Origin: a virus | Virus record (IMG/VR): IMGVR_UViG_3300032093_000087 | Location: 6,650-70,649 of that record | Direction: 5' to 3' (one strand) | Length of the DNA: 64,000 nucleotides | The notes under the pieces: generated by a model | What the model was told of the DNA's origin: nothing | Seen by the model: only the letters and a program-made list of their open reading frames with translations | Database searches by the model: none | Translations under genes and position numbers: made by a program | Shown here: piece by piece, positions 1 to 10,175 of the stretch | How positions within the stretch are numbered: position 1 is the stretch's first letter | Layout of the letters: each line of letters begins with the position of its first letter

Positions 1-444
1 TTTTACAGTTTTTTCTGGGTGTTTCTTCTTTGGCATATCTTCATACTCTTTTTCAGTTGTACTATCTGAAAATTCTCTTGCCATATCACACCACTTCTTT
101 TTTTCCTTACCTTTTGATTTGTTACATTTGGCCCAAAATAAACCTTGTTGAGCTTTTGATTCAAATCTCTCAGTAACTTCCCCCTCCATGGTTACGGATA
201 CACTACCATCTTGATTTAATTTTACAGCTTTACCACCAGGAAGTGACTCTCCTGATGATTTCGCACTACTAACTTCCCCAGGACTAAAGGTTCTAATTTT
301 ACTTACGGTATCAACAGCTTCATCTGTTTCTTGTTTTTTAAATTTCTCAGATAACGTTTTAATCTGAGACTCACTTAACCTTGAAACGGTTTCAATCTTT
401 AACCCATTTTTAATTAAATTCATTATGTCTTTTTTAGTTCTCAT
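1..444 (-). CDS. Hypothetical phage protein, runs off the left window edge
   Basis: Open frame from ATG at 444 (MRTKKDIMNLIKNG...FESKAQQGLFWAKC...WCDMAREFSD); overlaps the upstream gene's stop. Confidence 0.7.
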   Translation of the reverse strand, partial: MRTKKDIMNLIKNGLKIETVSRLSESQIKTLSEKFKKQETDEAVDTVSKIRTFSPGEVSSAKSSGESLPGGKAVKLNQDGSVSVTMEGEVTERFESKAQQGLFWAKCNKSKGKEKKKWCDMAREFSDSTTEKEYEDMPKKKHPEKTVK

Positions 445-841
445 ACACCATTTTTTTTTCAAACTCTAATACGATATCTCTTTCGTATAATTTATCTTTT
501 ATTTCAGTTTCGGAATCACCAAATCTGAAAACCATTCTTTTTGTTATTGAAAAGTCTATATCCCCAGTTTCTTTTTCCCACCCAAGAGCTAAAACCCCAT
601 CCATTGAGTCAATAATGGAAAAAACATCAGAATCTTGAACTAATTCTAACGACACCTTTTCATTACTTAATACACCCACCTTCTTGATATATTCAATATC
701 AGGTGGACTCGGGTATCCATTAGCTGGTTTTGATTCCCAGTTATCACCCCAAACCTCTAAGGTGTCCGAAAATATAAATTCATATATATTGTCACCCTTA
801 TAGTTTGGACCAAGTTTATTTATGTAAATTAAACAATTCAT
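434..841 (-). CDS. Hypothetical phage protein (135 aa)
   Basis: ORF track; coupled by overlap to both neighbours. Confidence 0.75.
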   Translation of the reverse strand: MNCLIYINKLGPNYKGDNIYEFIFSDTLEVWGDNWESKPANGYPSPPDIEYIKKVGVLSNEKVSLELVQDSDVFSIIDSMDGVLALGWEKETGDIDFSITKRMVFRFGDSETEIKDKLYERDIVLEFEKKMVYEN

Positions 842-2289
842 AGTACTTTACCGTCTGGTGTTATTTTATTCTCTTTTAACCCAGTTTTAAATAACAAATT
901 ACCTTTGCTTGTTGACCCAACTAAGAATGAATTTGGATTCTTTTCTAAAAATTTTAAAGCTGATCTTTCTTGTCTGATTGATTCAGAAAGATTAATAATT
1001 TTTTCTTTTGTTTTTGTTATTGATTTAGAATTTGAAATCTTAATTTCATTTTCGTCAATATGATTATTGATAACCTTATCAATTATTGATTCGTATATTG
1101 ATTCATATTTTTCGTGAGGATATCTTCTAATCTTTTGTCTAGCTCCATGTTTCGGATAATCATCATCATCGTCATCATTGTCAAACTCATTCATTAGTTC
1201 GTTTGAATATGACCCACCCATGTAATCACTAAAAGCGTCAGCGTACGATCCATAGGTTTCTGCCATCTCACCAGATGGTTCCGCTGGTTCAGCTACATTC
1301 TCATCTCCATCCCCAAAGTCAATATCTTCATCATCACCAAAATCTTCATCTTCATCATCTTCCGTCCCTTCTAATCTAGATATAATTTCTTCAACATCAT
1401 CCTCATCCAAGACTGATAGATCTAAAGATGATAATATGGAATTAATAATGTATTTAACATCATTTGAATCCATATCATCTTTTGATAAGTACGCTCTGAT
1501 TTTTTGTGCTGATTTACCGATTAATTTTTGAATTAACTTCATTGAAACTTTTCCATCTTTCTTAGATCCTCCCATGTCATCGTCATACCCATCTGATGAT
1601 GAGGATGATCCCATGTCGTCATATGTATCTGAAGCGTCTGAAGATTCACCACCATCCATAGGTGGTACATCACCTCCCTCCATAGGTGGTACATCACCAC
1701 CTTCCATAGGTGGTACAGCTGGTGACACATCCCCACCCATAGGTGGTACGTCACCACCTTCCATTGGTGGTACAGATGGTGGAGTTACCGGTTCTGGTGA
1801 AGCTACTGGACCTTCAGGTGTGGTTGGTTCACTTACTGATGGTGTTTCAGTAGATTTTGTTTTTGGTAATTTTAGTTTAAACTTTTTTTTTTGCTCTGAA
1901 AATAGAGAAGTACCTTCGGAATTTTCGTGTAAAGTGTTAAATTCCTTAGCCATTAAATTTAATTTTTTAAGTGCTTGGGAGTATGAAGAATAGTATTTTC
2001 TATTTTTCATTGGTTCAATATAATCGGATACCGACTCATTAATCGATCTTTTTATAATGTATCCTTGTTTTTCTTTAACGATTTCGTAATGATTTCCGTC
2101 AGATAATGATATCCCATATTCTGTTGATTCACTCTCATTAAGTCTTGACGGTCTATTTTCATTATATCTAGCGATTTCCATAATACGCTTGATTTTATCC
2201 ATACCCTCAAGTTTCTCACTTCCAATTGGTCTTAATCCTGACATAGTGTATTTTTTTAAATAATTATTTTTTCTTAATAAATATATCAA
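838..2289 (-). CDS. Acidic, Pro-rich low-complexity protein, possibly prohead scaffold/core-like (start may be MSGLRP at 2244)
   Basis: 483-aa ORF with (VPPMEGGD)n repeats, D/E tracts and many L/I-x-E motifs; function is inference. Confidence 0.6.
   Translation of the reverse strand: MIYLLRKNNYLKKYTMSGLRPIGSEKLEGMDKIKRIMEIARYNENRPSRLNESESTEYGISLSDGNHYEIVKEKQGYIIKRSINESVSDYIEPMKNRKYYSSYSQALKKLNLMAKEFNTLHENSEGTSLFSEQKKKFKLKLPKTKSTETPSVSEPTTPEGPVASPEPVTPPSVPPMEGGDVPPMGGDVSPAVPPMEGGDVPPMEGGDVPPMDGGESSDASDTYDDMGSSSSSDGYDDDMGGSKKDGKVSMKLIQKLIGKSAQKIRAYLSKDDMDSNDVKYIINSILSSLDLSVLDEDDVEEIISRLEGTEDDEDEDFGDDEDIDFGDGDENVAEPAEPSGEMAETYGSYADAFSDYMGGSYSNELMNEFDNDDDDDDYPKHGARQKIRRYPHEKYESIYESIIDKVINNHIDENEIKISNSKSITKTKEKIINLSESIRQERSALKFLEKNPNSFLVGSTSKGNLLFKTGLKENKITPDGKVL
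1645..1780 (-). repeat. Coding tandem repeat, ~24-bp unit (VPPMEGGD), about 5 imperfect copies
   Basis: Recurring ccataggtggtacatcacc units on the + strand. Confidence 0.85.
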
Positions 2290-2319
2290 TAAATAGTATT
2301 ATCTATTTTAAATTATAAA

Positions 2320-3051
2320 TTATTGATTCATCGATAATCTATCATCAAGTAAACCTATTGACGCGTCATGTAGTTTTTCAATATATCCGTTTCTTCTCAG
2401 TATTTTAAATACCAAGTTTTCAACAGAGTATTCACCACCAGACTCTAATCCAGATGTTCTATATTTCTTAAGTTTATCTTTATATTTTGATAGCAATTCC
2501 TTAGCTGTTTCGAGATCCTCATCCTCAATATTCTCAAGAACACCATCAATAATATCCATCCATTGTTTAGTTTTCCTCTTTAATAACCTACGATCAATAT
2601 TAACACTTTCTTTTTTTGGTTTGTTTGACCAATCATCGTATAGTACAGAATAAACCCCACTACTAAAATGAGCCTCAACCTCATTTTGGACATATAACTC
2701 TACCTCATAACCAAATAGCTTTATGTCGTGTTTCTGATTAAATAGTATTTTTTTTAGGTTGAAGAACTTTTCATATAACTCAATCTGTTTTTCATTGTAT
2801 TGTGAGAAATTAGCGACAACATGTAAATCAAAATCTGAATACCGGGACCAATTATAATTAGATAATGATCCTGTTAATATTATATCCGTCACCACAATGT
2901 CAACATCTAAAAATTCAATAAATTGGTGAGATATCTCCAATAATTTATCTCTAACATCACGTTTCATTTTTACAGTACCGTCAACCTTTTCCCAAATTTT
3001 GGGATTTAAAGATGTCTTAGGGATAAAACTACGTAATATTTTACTGTCCAT
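2320..3051 (-). CDS. Nucleotidyltransferase (Pol-beta superfamily)
   Basis: hGS...DxD signature: ILTGSLSNYNWSRYSDFDLHVV; distal acidic residue in EVELYVQ. Confidence 0.75.
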   Translation of the reverse strand: MDSKILRSFIPKTSLNPKIWEKVDGTVKMKRDVRDKLLEISHQFIEFLDVDIVVTDIILTGSLSNYNWSRYSDFDLHVVANFSQYNEKQIELYEKFFNLKKILFNQKHDIKLFGYEVELYVQNEVEAHFSSGVYSVLYDDWSNKPKKESVNIDRRLLKRKTKQWMDIIDGVLENIEDEDLETAKELLSKYKDKLKKYRTSGLESGGEYSVENLVFKILRRNGYIEKLHDASIGLLDDRLSMNQ

Positions 3052-3092
3052 TTTAATTATTGATTCAATAATAAATAGTTAAACTATATAAA

Positions 3093-3338
3093 TTAGGTTA
3101 ATTTTTGATACTTAAATGTTTTTGATATTTTACTATTAAAGAACGACCCCTGTGATGGTGACATTCTAAATTGTGTATATAATTGGTGTGGTACGTCGGA
3201 ATACTGGTATTTCATCCCCCCTTTAAATTCAGCCACCAATGTTTTTGTTTCGGTATCATATTCTGTTTTAACTAAATTACTTGATTGTATTTCATTTATA
3301 ATTTTAGTTCCGGATATTACTTCTTTTAATATTGCCAT
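3093..3338 (-). CDS. KTSC domain protein
   Basis: SSNL..EYD....L..EFKGG..YQYSDVP...Y......SQGSFFNSKI pattern. Confidence 0.85.
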   Translation of the reverse strand: MAILKEVISGTKIINEIQSSNLVKTEYDTETKTLVAEFKGGMKYQYSDVPHQLYTQFRMSPSQGSFFNSKISKTFKYQKLT

Positions 3339-3422
3339 ATTATCATTTTTTTAATAAATATCTTAATAAAAACATTATGTACTTTTAGTGTTTTATTTAT
3401 TAAACTTATAAAAAATAATATT

Positions 3423-5480
3423 ATGATTGAATATGTAGATGGTGATGATAAGAACAAGAAAAAATCCGAAAGTGGTACACCTGTTCTAGACAACTTCAGT
3501 AAAGATTTAATAAAACTAGCTGAACAAGGTAAGTTAGATCCAGTTATAGGTCGACAAAGTGAAATTTTTAGAATAGCTCAAATTTTATCAAGAAGAAAAA
3601 AGAATAACCCAATTATTATTGGTGAACCAGGAGCTGGAAAAACAGCTATTGTTGAGGGGTTAGCTATGATGATTCATAATGGTGAGTGTCCAAAAAATTT
3701 AATGGACAAACGAATAGTATCATTAGATATTAACTCTATTGTAGCTGGTACAAAATACCGTGGACAATTTGAGGAAAGAATGAAGGTAATTATCGAGGAA
3801 TTACAAAACACAAACAATATAATCCTTTTTATTGATGAAATCCACACCATGGTTGGTGCTGGGAATAGCTCCGGATCCCTGGACGCTTCAAATATCTTTA
3901 AACCAGCGTTATCAAGGGGGGAGATTCAATGTATTGGAGCCACAACTCTAGATGAATATCGAAAACATTTTGAAAAAGACGGTGCTTTGGAGAGAAGATT
4001 CCAAAAAGTTATTGTTGACCCTTCATCAAAAGACGAAACATTTGAAATTTTAAAGAGGAGTAAGTCAAAATATGAAGAACACCACAAAGTACATTATTCC
4101 GATGAATCACTTTGGTTGTGTGTTGAGTTAGCTGACAGATATATCACCGATCGTGAGTTCCCGGATAAAGCTTTTGACATCCTGGATGAGGTTGGGTCAA
4201 GAATGCAGATAGACATTAAATTACCAGAAGTAATTGAAAAACTAAAACAGGAAGCTCAGGACATTAAAAAGGAAAAAGTTGATGTGATTAAAAAACAAAA
4301 TTACGAACAAGCTGCTGAACTTAGGGATCGTGAAAGAAGCGTGGTATTAAAACTAGAGGATGAAAAGAAAAAATTTGAACTTGAGTTATTAAGTAGTAAA
4401 CGTGGAATTCCGGAAGATTTGATTTATGAGGTGGTTTCTAATATGACTAAAATTCCGGTTAGTAAATTAAACGTTGATGAAAAAAACTCATTGGTTAGTT
4501 TGGAGTCTTCTTTAAATTTAAAGGTTATTGGACAAGAGGAAGCTGTATCTAAAATATCAAAATCTATCCGTAGAAACCGTATCGGAATTAAAGACCCGAA
4601 TAGACCTATCGGTTCATTTATATTCTTAGGTTCTACTGGTGTTGGTAAAACATTTTTAGCTAAACAATTAGCTAAAGAAATATTTGGTAGTGAAGATAGT
4701 TTAATTCGTGTTGATATGTCTGAATACCAGGAAAAACACACAATTTCGAGGTTGATTGGATCACCTCCAGGATACGTTGGTCACGAAGAGGGGGGTCAAT
4801 TAACAGAACAAGTTAAAAATAAACCATATTCTGTAATATTATTTGATGAAATTGAGAAAGCTAATAAAGACATATTCTCAACCCTATTACAAATGTTGGA
4901 TGACGGTCACATAACAGATAGTTTAGGTAGAAAGATTAATTTTAAAAACTGTTTAATTATTATGACATCAAACATTGGTGTTAAAAAATTACAAGATTTT
5001 GGTACCGGTGTAGGGTTTAAAAGTAATATTAGTGAAACAATCCAGGAAGAACACAAACGTGACGTATTAAAAAAGGAATTGAGTAAGTTTTTCGCTCCCG
5101 AGTTTTTAAATAGGATTGACGATGTAATCATATTCAACTCACTTAAAAAAGATCATGTTGATAAAATTGTAAAACTTGAAATTGATAAGTTAATCGAGAG
5201 ATTGAAGTCCATGAAATACAATTTTACGTATGAGAATTCTGTAACTGAGAAAATATCTGAGGTCGGGTTTGATGAACAATTCGGTGCTAGACCAATTAAA
5301 CGAGCTATTCAGGATAAGATTGAGGATCTAATATCTGAGAAGATATTAACTGGTGATGTTACCGAGGATAGAGAGTATATGTTGTTTGTCAAAAAAGAAA
5401 ACGATGAATTGGTAATTGATTTGGAAGAAAGGTCAAAACCAGAACCAAAAAAACGTGGTAGAAAGAAAAAGGAGGATTAA
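3423..5480 (+). CDS. clpC: ClpC-type AAA+ unfoldase lacking the N-terminal Clp-repeat domain
   Basis: Two AAA modules (GEPGAGKT/FIDEIH; GSTGVGKT/LFDEIEKA), pore loops KYRG and GYVG, short UVR-like M-domain (QNYEQAAELRDRE), ClpP-docking VGF; protein begins just before TPVLDNFSKDL. Confidence 0.9.
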   Translation: MIEYVDGDDKNKKKSESGTPVLDNFSKDLIKLAEQGKLDPVIGRQSEIFRIAQILSRRKKNNPIIIGEPGAGKTAIVEGLAMMIHNGECPKNLMDKRIVSLDINSIVAGTKYRGQFEERMKVIIEELQNTNNIILFIDEIHTMVGAGNSSGSLDASNIFKPALSRGEIQCIGATTLDEYRKHFEKDGALERRFQKVIVDPSSKDETFEILKRSKSKYEEHHKVHYSDESLWLCVELADRYITDREFPDKAFDILDEVGSRMQIDIKLPEVIEKLKQEAQDIKKEKVDVIKKQNYEQAAELRDRERSVVLKLEDEKKKFELELLSSKRGIPEDLIYEVVSNMTKIPVSKLNVDEKNSLVSLESSLNLKVIGQEEAVSKISKSIRRNRIGIKDPNRPIGSFIFLGSTGVGKTFLAKQLAKEIFGSEDSLIRVDMSEYQEKHTISRLIGSPPGYVGHEEGGQLTEQVKNKPYSVILFDEIEKANKDIFSTLLQMLDDGHITDSLGRKINFKNCLIIMTSNIGVKKLQDFGTGVGFKSNISETIQEEHKRDVLKKELSKFFAPEFLNRIDDVIIFNSLKKDHVDKIVKLEIDKLIERLKSMKYNFTYENSVTEKISEVGFDEQFGARPIKRAIQDKIEDLISEKILTGDVTEDREYMLFVKKENDELVIDLEERSKPEPKKRGRKKKED

Positions 5481-5498
5481 TAACCCTCCTTTTTTTAT

Positions 5499-6281
5499 TT
5501 AGTACTTTTCGTAACCAAGTTCATCTATCATTAACTGACCAACTTTAATACCGTTATATGTATCCTCCACAACCACGTATTCATTCCTTGTGTGATAATT
5601 ATAATACCCAATCGATATATTGAAACATTGAATACCGAACATCGTTCTAATGGGGTATATATCGGTATATGGATGTTTGTGATATTTGGTATCCGACGGG
5701 AAATGTTCAGTAATTAGTCTACCACCAACCTCAAAGAATTTACTATCACGATCAAACATATTAATATTCATCAAAAACTCTGAAATCATATTGTTTTCCG
5801 GAGCGTCAAACTGAATTGAATACCCGACATTATCAAAAAACCCAGGATCAGCTTTGAAAGATCCCTTACACCCAGTCTCCTCAGACACAAAGAAAGCTGC
5901 TTTTACATTTGGTAGTTCCTTTAGTAATTCAAGACAAGCGTAAACACCACATTTGTCATCACCCCCAATTCCAGTCGGGTTCCCATCATCGTTATACGCT
6001 TTTAAGGACAATTTAACATTACCCTGTGCGTCAGGTAACATCTCCTCAACCACATTTATGGTCTCAATGTTATGTACGGTGTCTGTGTGGGATATTACAC
6101 ATGGGAAAAAACTAACCTCATCAGTTTTTTTTGTAGCGTAAATATTGTGAAACTCATCAACATAAAATGGTATATTGTTTTCGGTTAACCAATCACAAAT
6201 AAATTTAACCATTTTTTCCTCCTGGTACGTTTTTGTTGGTACCGATAGAACGTCTTTTAATAACTGATAATTTCTTTCCAT
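5499..6281 (-). CDS. M20/M28-clan zinc peptidase
   Basis: SHTDTVH, GGDDKCG, SEETGCKGS and YHT metal-binding motifs. Confidence 0.85.
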   Translation of the reverse strand: MERNYQLLKDVLSVPTKTYQEEKMVKFICDWLTENNIPFYVDEFHNIYATKKTDEVSFFPCVISHTDTVHNIETINVVEEMLPDAQGNVKLSLKAYNDDGNPTGIGGDDKCGVYACLELLKELPNVKAAFFVSEETGCKGSFKADPGFFDNVGYSIQFDAPENNMISEFLMNINMFDRDSKFFEVGGRLITEHFPSDTKYHKHPYTDIYPIRTMFGIQCFNISIGYYNYHTRNEYVVVEDTYNGIKVGQLMIDELGYEKY

Positions 6282-6317
6282 ACAACAAATGTATGGGTTT
6301 TATATTTAATTACCAAA

Positions 6318-7031
6318 TTAATTTAACACGTATGTTTTTTTAAATCCGGACCAATCCATGTAATAGTCATACATTTCCAGATCTATTGTGGTCATATTAC
6401 GTTTTACTGTGATCACACCAACAGAACCGTCACTTAAATACCAATTCCTGGTAAAATATTTAGTCACAAGATCAGCGAATGTATTTTGACCAATTGATCT
6501 AACATCACCCGGGAGAATATTATCACCCTTAACATAACTAAAATCAAATTCGTAATCATTTTCACGACCCCAGAAATTTAATTTGAAGTATTCTGAGTCA
6601 TTCTCAATTAAAACCTCTAAAAATTCTTTTGGTGTTTTGAATTTTTCAATTTCCCGACCACCATCATTGTATGAAGATTTTGTCTTTAATACTAATTTTT
6701 TTTCTTTTGGGTAAATAAAAAATACAACCTCATTATATGAGTAATTACCATAATCGTCACCCCCTAACGCACTTTTTGGTTCACCCTCAATATACTTAAA
6801 TCTTTCTTCATTTGTCATTAAAGTTATATCAACCAAAAATTGTGTAAGGTTACCTGGTAATTTAAGACTTTTAGATTTAAGTCGTTGTCCTTTTTCGTTC
6901 AGACCATAGACATATCTCTCAACATCATCTATCTGTGGACCATCCAATAATATTGTGAAAGTTGACACGTCCCCCAGTGAACGACAAAATATGAATAAAC
7001 CGTTTAATAAATTTCTTTCATTATTTTCCAT
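6318..7031 (-). CDS. Hypothetical protein (237 aa)
   Basis: ORF track; no recognised motif. Confidence 0.7.
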   Translation of the reverse strand: MENNERNLLNGLFIFCRSLGDVSTFTILLDGPQIDDVERYVYGLNEKGQRLKSKSLKLPGNLTQFLVDITLMTNEERFKYIEGEPKSALGGDDYGNYSYNEVVFFIYPKEKKLVLKTKSSYNDGGREIEKFKTPKEFLEVLIENDSEYFKLNFWGRENDYEFDFSYVKGDNILPGDVRSIGQNTFADLVTKYFTRNWYLSDGSVGVITVKRNMTTIDLEMYDYYMDWSGFKKTYVLN

Positions 7032-8413
7032 AACTTTAATTTACTCTCATTAAACAGTTCATAATTATATAGGAATGAATTTAATTCATCCATTGTTAAT
7101 TTACGATATTCTGGATCTCTTTCCCCAGTATCAATCGCGATTGTAGCTTTGTTTGTTGATCTATCAAGATCCGTAATTACGAATTTTTTATTTTCACTTT
7201 TTGGTATAGTTATCACGGTACCAAATCCACCGAGTTTTTGAATATAATCCAAATAATTACCATATTCTTCAAAATTCATAAACCCGAATTCTTCAGATTC
7301 TTGAATCTCATCAAGAATGTTATCAAATACATCCGAAATCCGATCATTTAATTTTTCATAATCAAAATCAGGACACCCAACACTGTACTCAAGTTCTGAC
7401 CAATCACCCCTATAATTCTTACCGTACTTATCAATCAATTTTGTCAATAGGTCTTTTACCGTCCCACCAATCATATTTAATTGTTTAAACCATGTCAATA
7501 ACACAGAAATATTAACTTCATATTTGTAAGAGTGGTTTACTTCCTTAATCCCAAATTTCATAAATGGATTATCAAACTCAGAATTGATGGAGTCTTTAAC
7601 ATTGTCGTCAACACAATCTTGATAGTCCGACGCGTAATCGTAAATAAAATCATCGGAATATTTACCAAAAAATTGATCAAACACTTTAACTTTTTGACGT
7701 ATATCTAAATTAATTGATTTTGGTGATACCAGTGAAAGTATTTCATTAAATTTTTCTTTGTTCACATCATTTAACGTACCATCAATAAAACTCCCATCTT
7801 CCCACTGTTCATCATACCAGTATCTATCAACATCCCTTTCTCTGTAATAACTATTAGCGTCTTTATAGTAATACCTATCCTCATTATCGATATTAAATAC
7901 GTCTAAAAAATCATCACTCTCCTCAAATTTAATCGTTACAATACTAGATGAGGGTCTATCTTCTTTGTAATCAATATCACCAATCAATGGATCAAACCTA
8001 TCATCCCACCGTGGTACTCTTTTACCGGACATAATCGACTTTAAATATTCGAATGTTTCACCACCTTTGAATATTTTATTAATGTTTTCTTTTAACTGGG
8101 GGTATTTTGAGATCACGTCCCTAACATCGGTAGCTTCTGATGACTTAAACCCGTCTGTCACATTTAATATCTTTGTCCCATCCCCATATTCTTTAAACAT
8201 GAATATCTCAGATTCCGGATCCTTACCGACAATAAAATAAATGTCCTCACTAAATACCCCAAACTCAGTACTCACATCTGTTAAATCTTGAGTATCAAAA
8301 TCCGGTAATAAATACCTAAGACCTTTTTTTGTCATAACGTCAATTAATCTGACACTATCATCTTCATAAATAACGTCCAGGTCTTCTTCGTATGGATTAT
8401 AATTTTCTCCCAT
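7004..8413 (-). CDS. Acidic hypothetical protein (469 aa)
   Basis: ORF track. Confidence 0.75.
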   Translation of the reverse strand: MGENYNPYEEDLDVIYEDDSVRLIDVMTKKGLRYLLPDFDTQDLTDVSTEFGVFSEDIYFIVGKDPESEIFMFKEYGDGTKILNVTDGFKSSEATDVRDVISKYPQLKENINKIFKGGETFEYLKSIMSGKRVPRWDDRFDPLIGDIDYKEDRPSSSIVTIKFEESDDFLDVFNIDNEDRYYYKDANSYYRERDVDRYWYDEQWEDGSFIDGTLNDVNKEKFNEILSLVSPKSINLDIRQKVKVFDQFFGKYSDDFIYDYASDYQDCVDDNVKDSINSEFDNPFMKFGIKEVNHSYKYEVNISVLLTWFKQLNMIGGTVKDLLTKLIDKYGKNYRGDWSELEYSVGCPDFDYEKLNDRISDVFDNILDEIQESEEFGFMNFEEYGNYLDYIQKLGGFGTVITIPKSENKKFVITDLDRSTNKATIAIDTGERDPEYRKLTMDELNSFLYNYELFNESKLKLWKIMKEIY

Positions 8414-8498
8414 TATATAATAAAATACTTTTTTTACTAATTTTAACTTGTTATATAAGATAAATATATTTATACTTGTATATATGTAGGAATATACG

Positions 8499-8521
8499 TA
8501 TATTTGTACATAGTTCTTTGA
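8499..8521 (+). promoter_or_regulatory. Bacteroidota-type -7 promoter box followed by a boxA-like GTTCTTTGA, upstream of tmRNA
   Basis: TATATTTG at 8499-8506 matches TAnnTTTG; GTTCTTTGA at 8513-8521. Confidence 0.6.
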
Positions 8522-8527
8522 TAATAT

Positions 8528-8912
8528 GGGGGTGTTTATGGATTTGACAGGTATTGGCTGGAGAATAAGGGCATGTGGGGACTGAATTAATCCCCTTAAA
8601 AACTGATTCAGAAAACAACTGGCAATGTGCTAAACAAAATGGAAACTCTTGGTTTACTAAGAGGTTCTGAAGTTACTGTAGCTTAAGAAGTTTACGGAAA
8701 CGGGGGGTCGGTGGACATACAACCTAGCAACAGAAGTCTTTACAAAGGTGGATCACGACTGAACCCAAAATCGAGTCGTCCATTGGTTGTTGATTAACGA
8801 TGGTGAAGAACAAATTAACTATTTTGGGGTATTAGAAAATACCAACCTAAACATGTAGTCCTTACCTTACGGGGTATTATGGACGAGGGTTCGAGACCCT
8901 CCACCTCCACCA
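8528..8912 (+). ncRNA. ssrA: tmRNA
   Basis: 5' GGGGGTG...GGATTTGACAGG; 3' T-arm GAGGG-TTCGAGA-CCCTC and CACCTCC-ACCA giving the G3.U70 alanine pair; tag frame 8621-8686 after AACAACT. Confidence 0.95.
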
Positions 8913-8914
8913 CT

Positions 8915-8946
8915 TAACCTCATTACACTTGTGATGAGGTTTTTTT
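8915..8946 (+). terminator. Intrinsic terminator after tmRNA
   Basis: aacctcattac-actt-gtgatgaggtt hairpin followed by a T tract. Confidence 0.8.
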
Positions 8947-9007
8947 ATGCCAAATAAAAACCCCATTCAATTAAGAACGGGGTTTCATAATCCAGGTAAA
9001 ACCTAAA

Positions 9008-9172
9008 TTACTTAACAGTAACAGAATCTTTTACAGTTGATGTAGCTGTACTATCTGAAACTTCAGTGGTTGCGTCTTGAGTCGCGTTTCCAGTTGATGT
9101 GTTTTCACCACAAGATGTCATTAGAGAAATTGTCGTGAAAACCACGAAGGAAATTAAGAATAATCTTTTCAT
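9008..9172 (-). CDS. Small lipoprotein (54 aa), not in the ORF track
   Basis: MKRLFLISFVVFTTISLMTSC signal peptide with lipobox, then an S/T-rich tail. Confidence 0.7.
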   Translation of the reverse strand: MKRLFLISFVVFTTISLMTSCGENTSTGNATQDATTEVSDSTATSTVKDSVTVK

Positions 9173-9304
9173 TTTTTTTTAATTAAGTTATTAGTTTATT
9201 ATACATAATATATAGTGATTTTTTTTGTAAAAATCAAGTTTTCACATAAAAAAAAAGACAACTAATTGTTGTCTAAGTTATTTTTCCAGTAAAATTTAAA
9301 AAAA

Positions 9305-10175
9305 GGTTGAGATTACACCTGTTATTGAGAACCTTTGGAAGGATTATTGTTTCCCTTCGTATCCACCATCTTTTGAACGGTATTTCTCAGTGACGGTTAT
9401 TTAAGTGAACCACTCTTTGAGGTTTGATCTACTCTCCTATTACTTAACTCTCTCCGAGAATGCCTTCCCAGTTGATCCTTGCGAGATTAGAGGTCTTTGG
9501 TAAAAATACACTCAGACTTGGGGTCTTTATGTGCAACGAACAACTCGTTACTAGGTAGTCACCTTTCGACCAAACCTGACGGACACTTTTCCTTTCTGTA
9601 GTTTAATAATAGATTTATTACTTTCCATAAAGTTTTTGTGTCGTGGATTGTGAAAGTAGTGGTCCGTCTCGAGATTCATTATCTTTTGGACAACGAAATA
9701 CCCAACTACCCTCTGAAATGTCCCCATTTCCATACTTTAAGACTACTTCGAAACAAATCCCTTGGTAGAGATTTATTAAGGACAATTTCAGCACCACCTG
9801 TTTGTTGTCATACCTTTCGGTTTTAAGTATCCTTTAATATTGGAATACGTAATTGTAAATTTGGATAACCTACTTCTCACATAATTCCTACGGGTTATTC
9901 CTATTGGGGTTCCCCCCTCAATCAGATGACCCACATCACCTAATCATAAGATCACTTTCCCTACACCGTTGGCCTCGGTACTAAAGATCTTATGGTATCC
10001 CGCTTGTGTACTCGACCTCGATAATCCGAAGACTAACAAGACGCAAATCAATTTGACAGTTGACTCACTTTATCCCACTTTCGTGGTTTATTTAACGACT
10101 ATACACAGCCAATTATCGTTTATCAGTTCCTGGTGTTTGTCCCGAAGGATCTAACCGTACTCCTGAACGGATAAT
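9305..10175 (-). ncRNA. Large structured non-coding RNA (~870 nt), GOLLD-like candidate
   Basis: No credible ORF; many GNRA/UUCG-capped hairpins on the - strand; TAnnTTTG promoter at 10221-10228, boxA-like motif at 10186-10194, terminator at ~9248-9274. Family not confirmed. Confidence 0.65.

Noticed and set aside
1539-1993. Overlapping 72-aa and 139-aa ORFs
   Set aside because: Shadow frames created by the 24-bp coding repeat in 838..2289.
9551-10154. Three 60-62-aa ORFs in the ORF track
   Set aside because: Short, on conflicting strands, atypical in composition, and lying inside the structured RNA.
9305-10175. RNase P RNA, group I/II intron or rRNA fragment as the identity of the large RNA
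   Set aside because: No GAGGAAAGUCC RNase P core, no interrupted host gene or intron boundary motifs, and no rRNA signature recognised.
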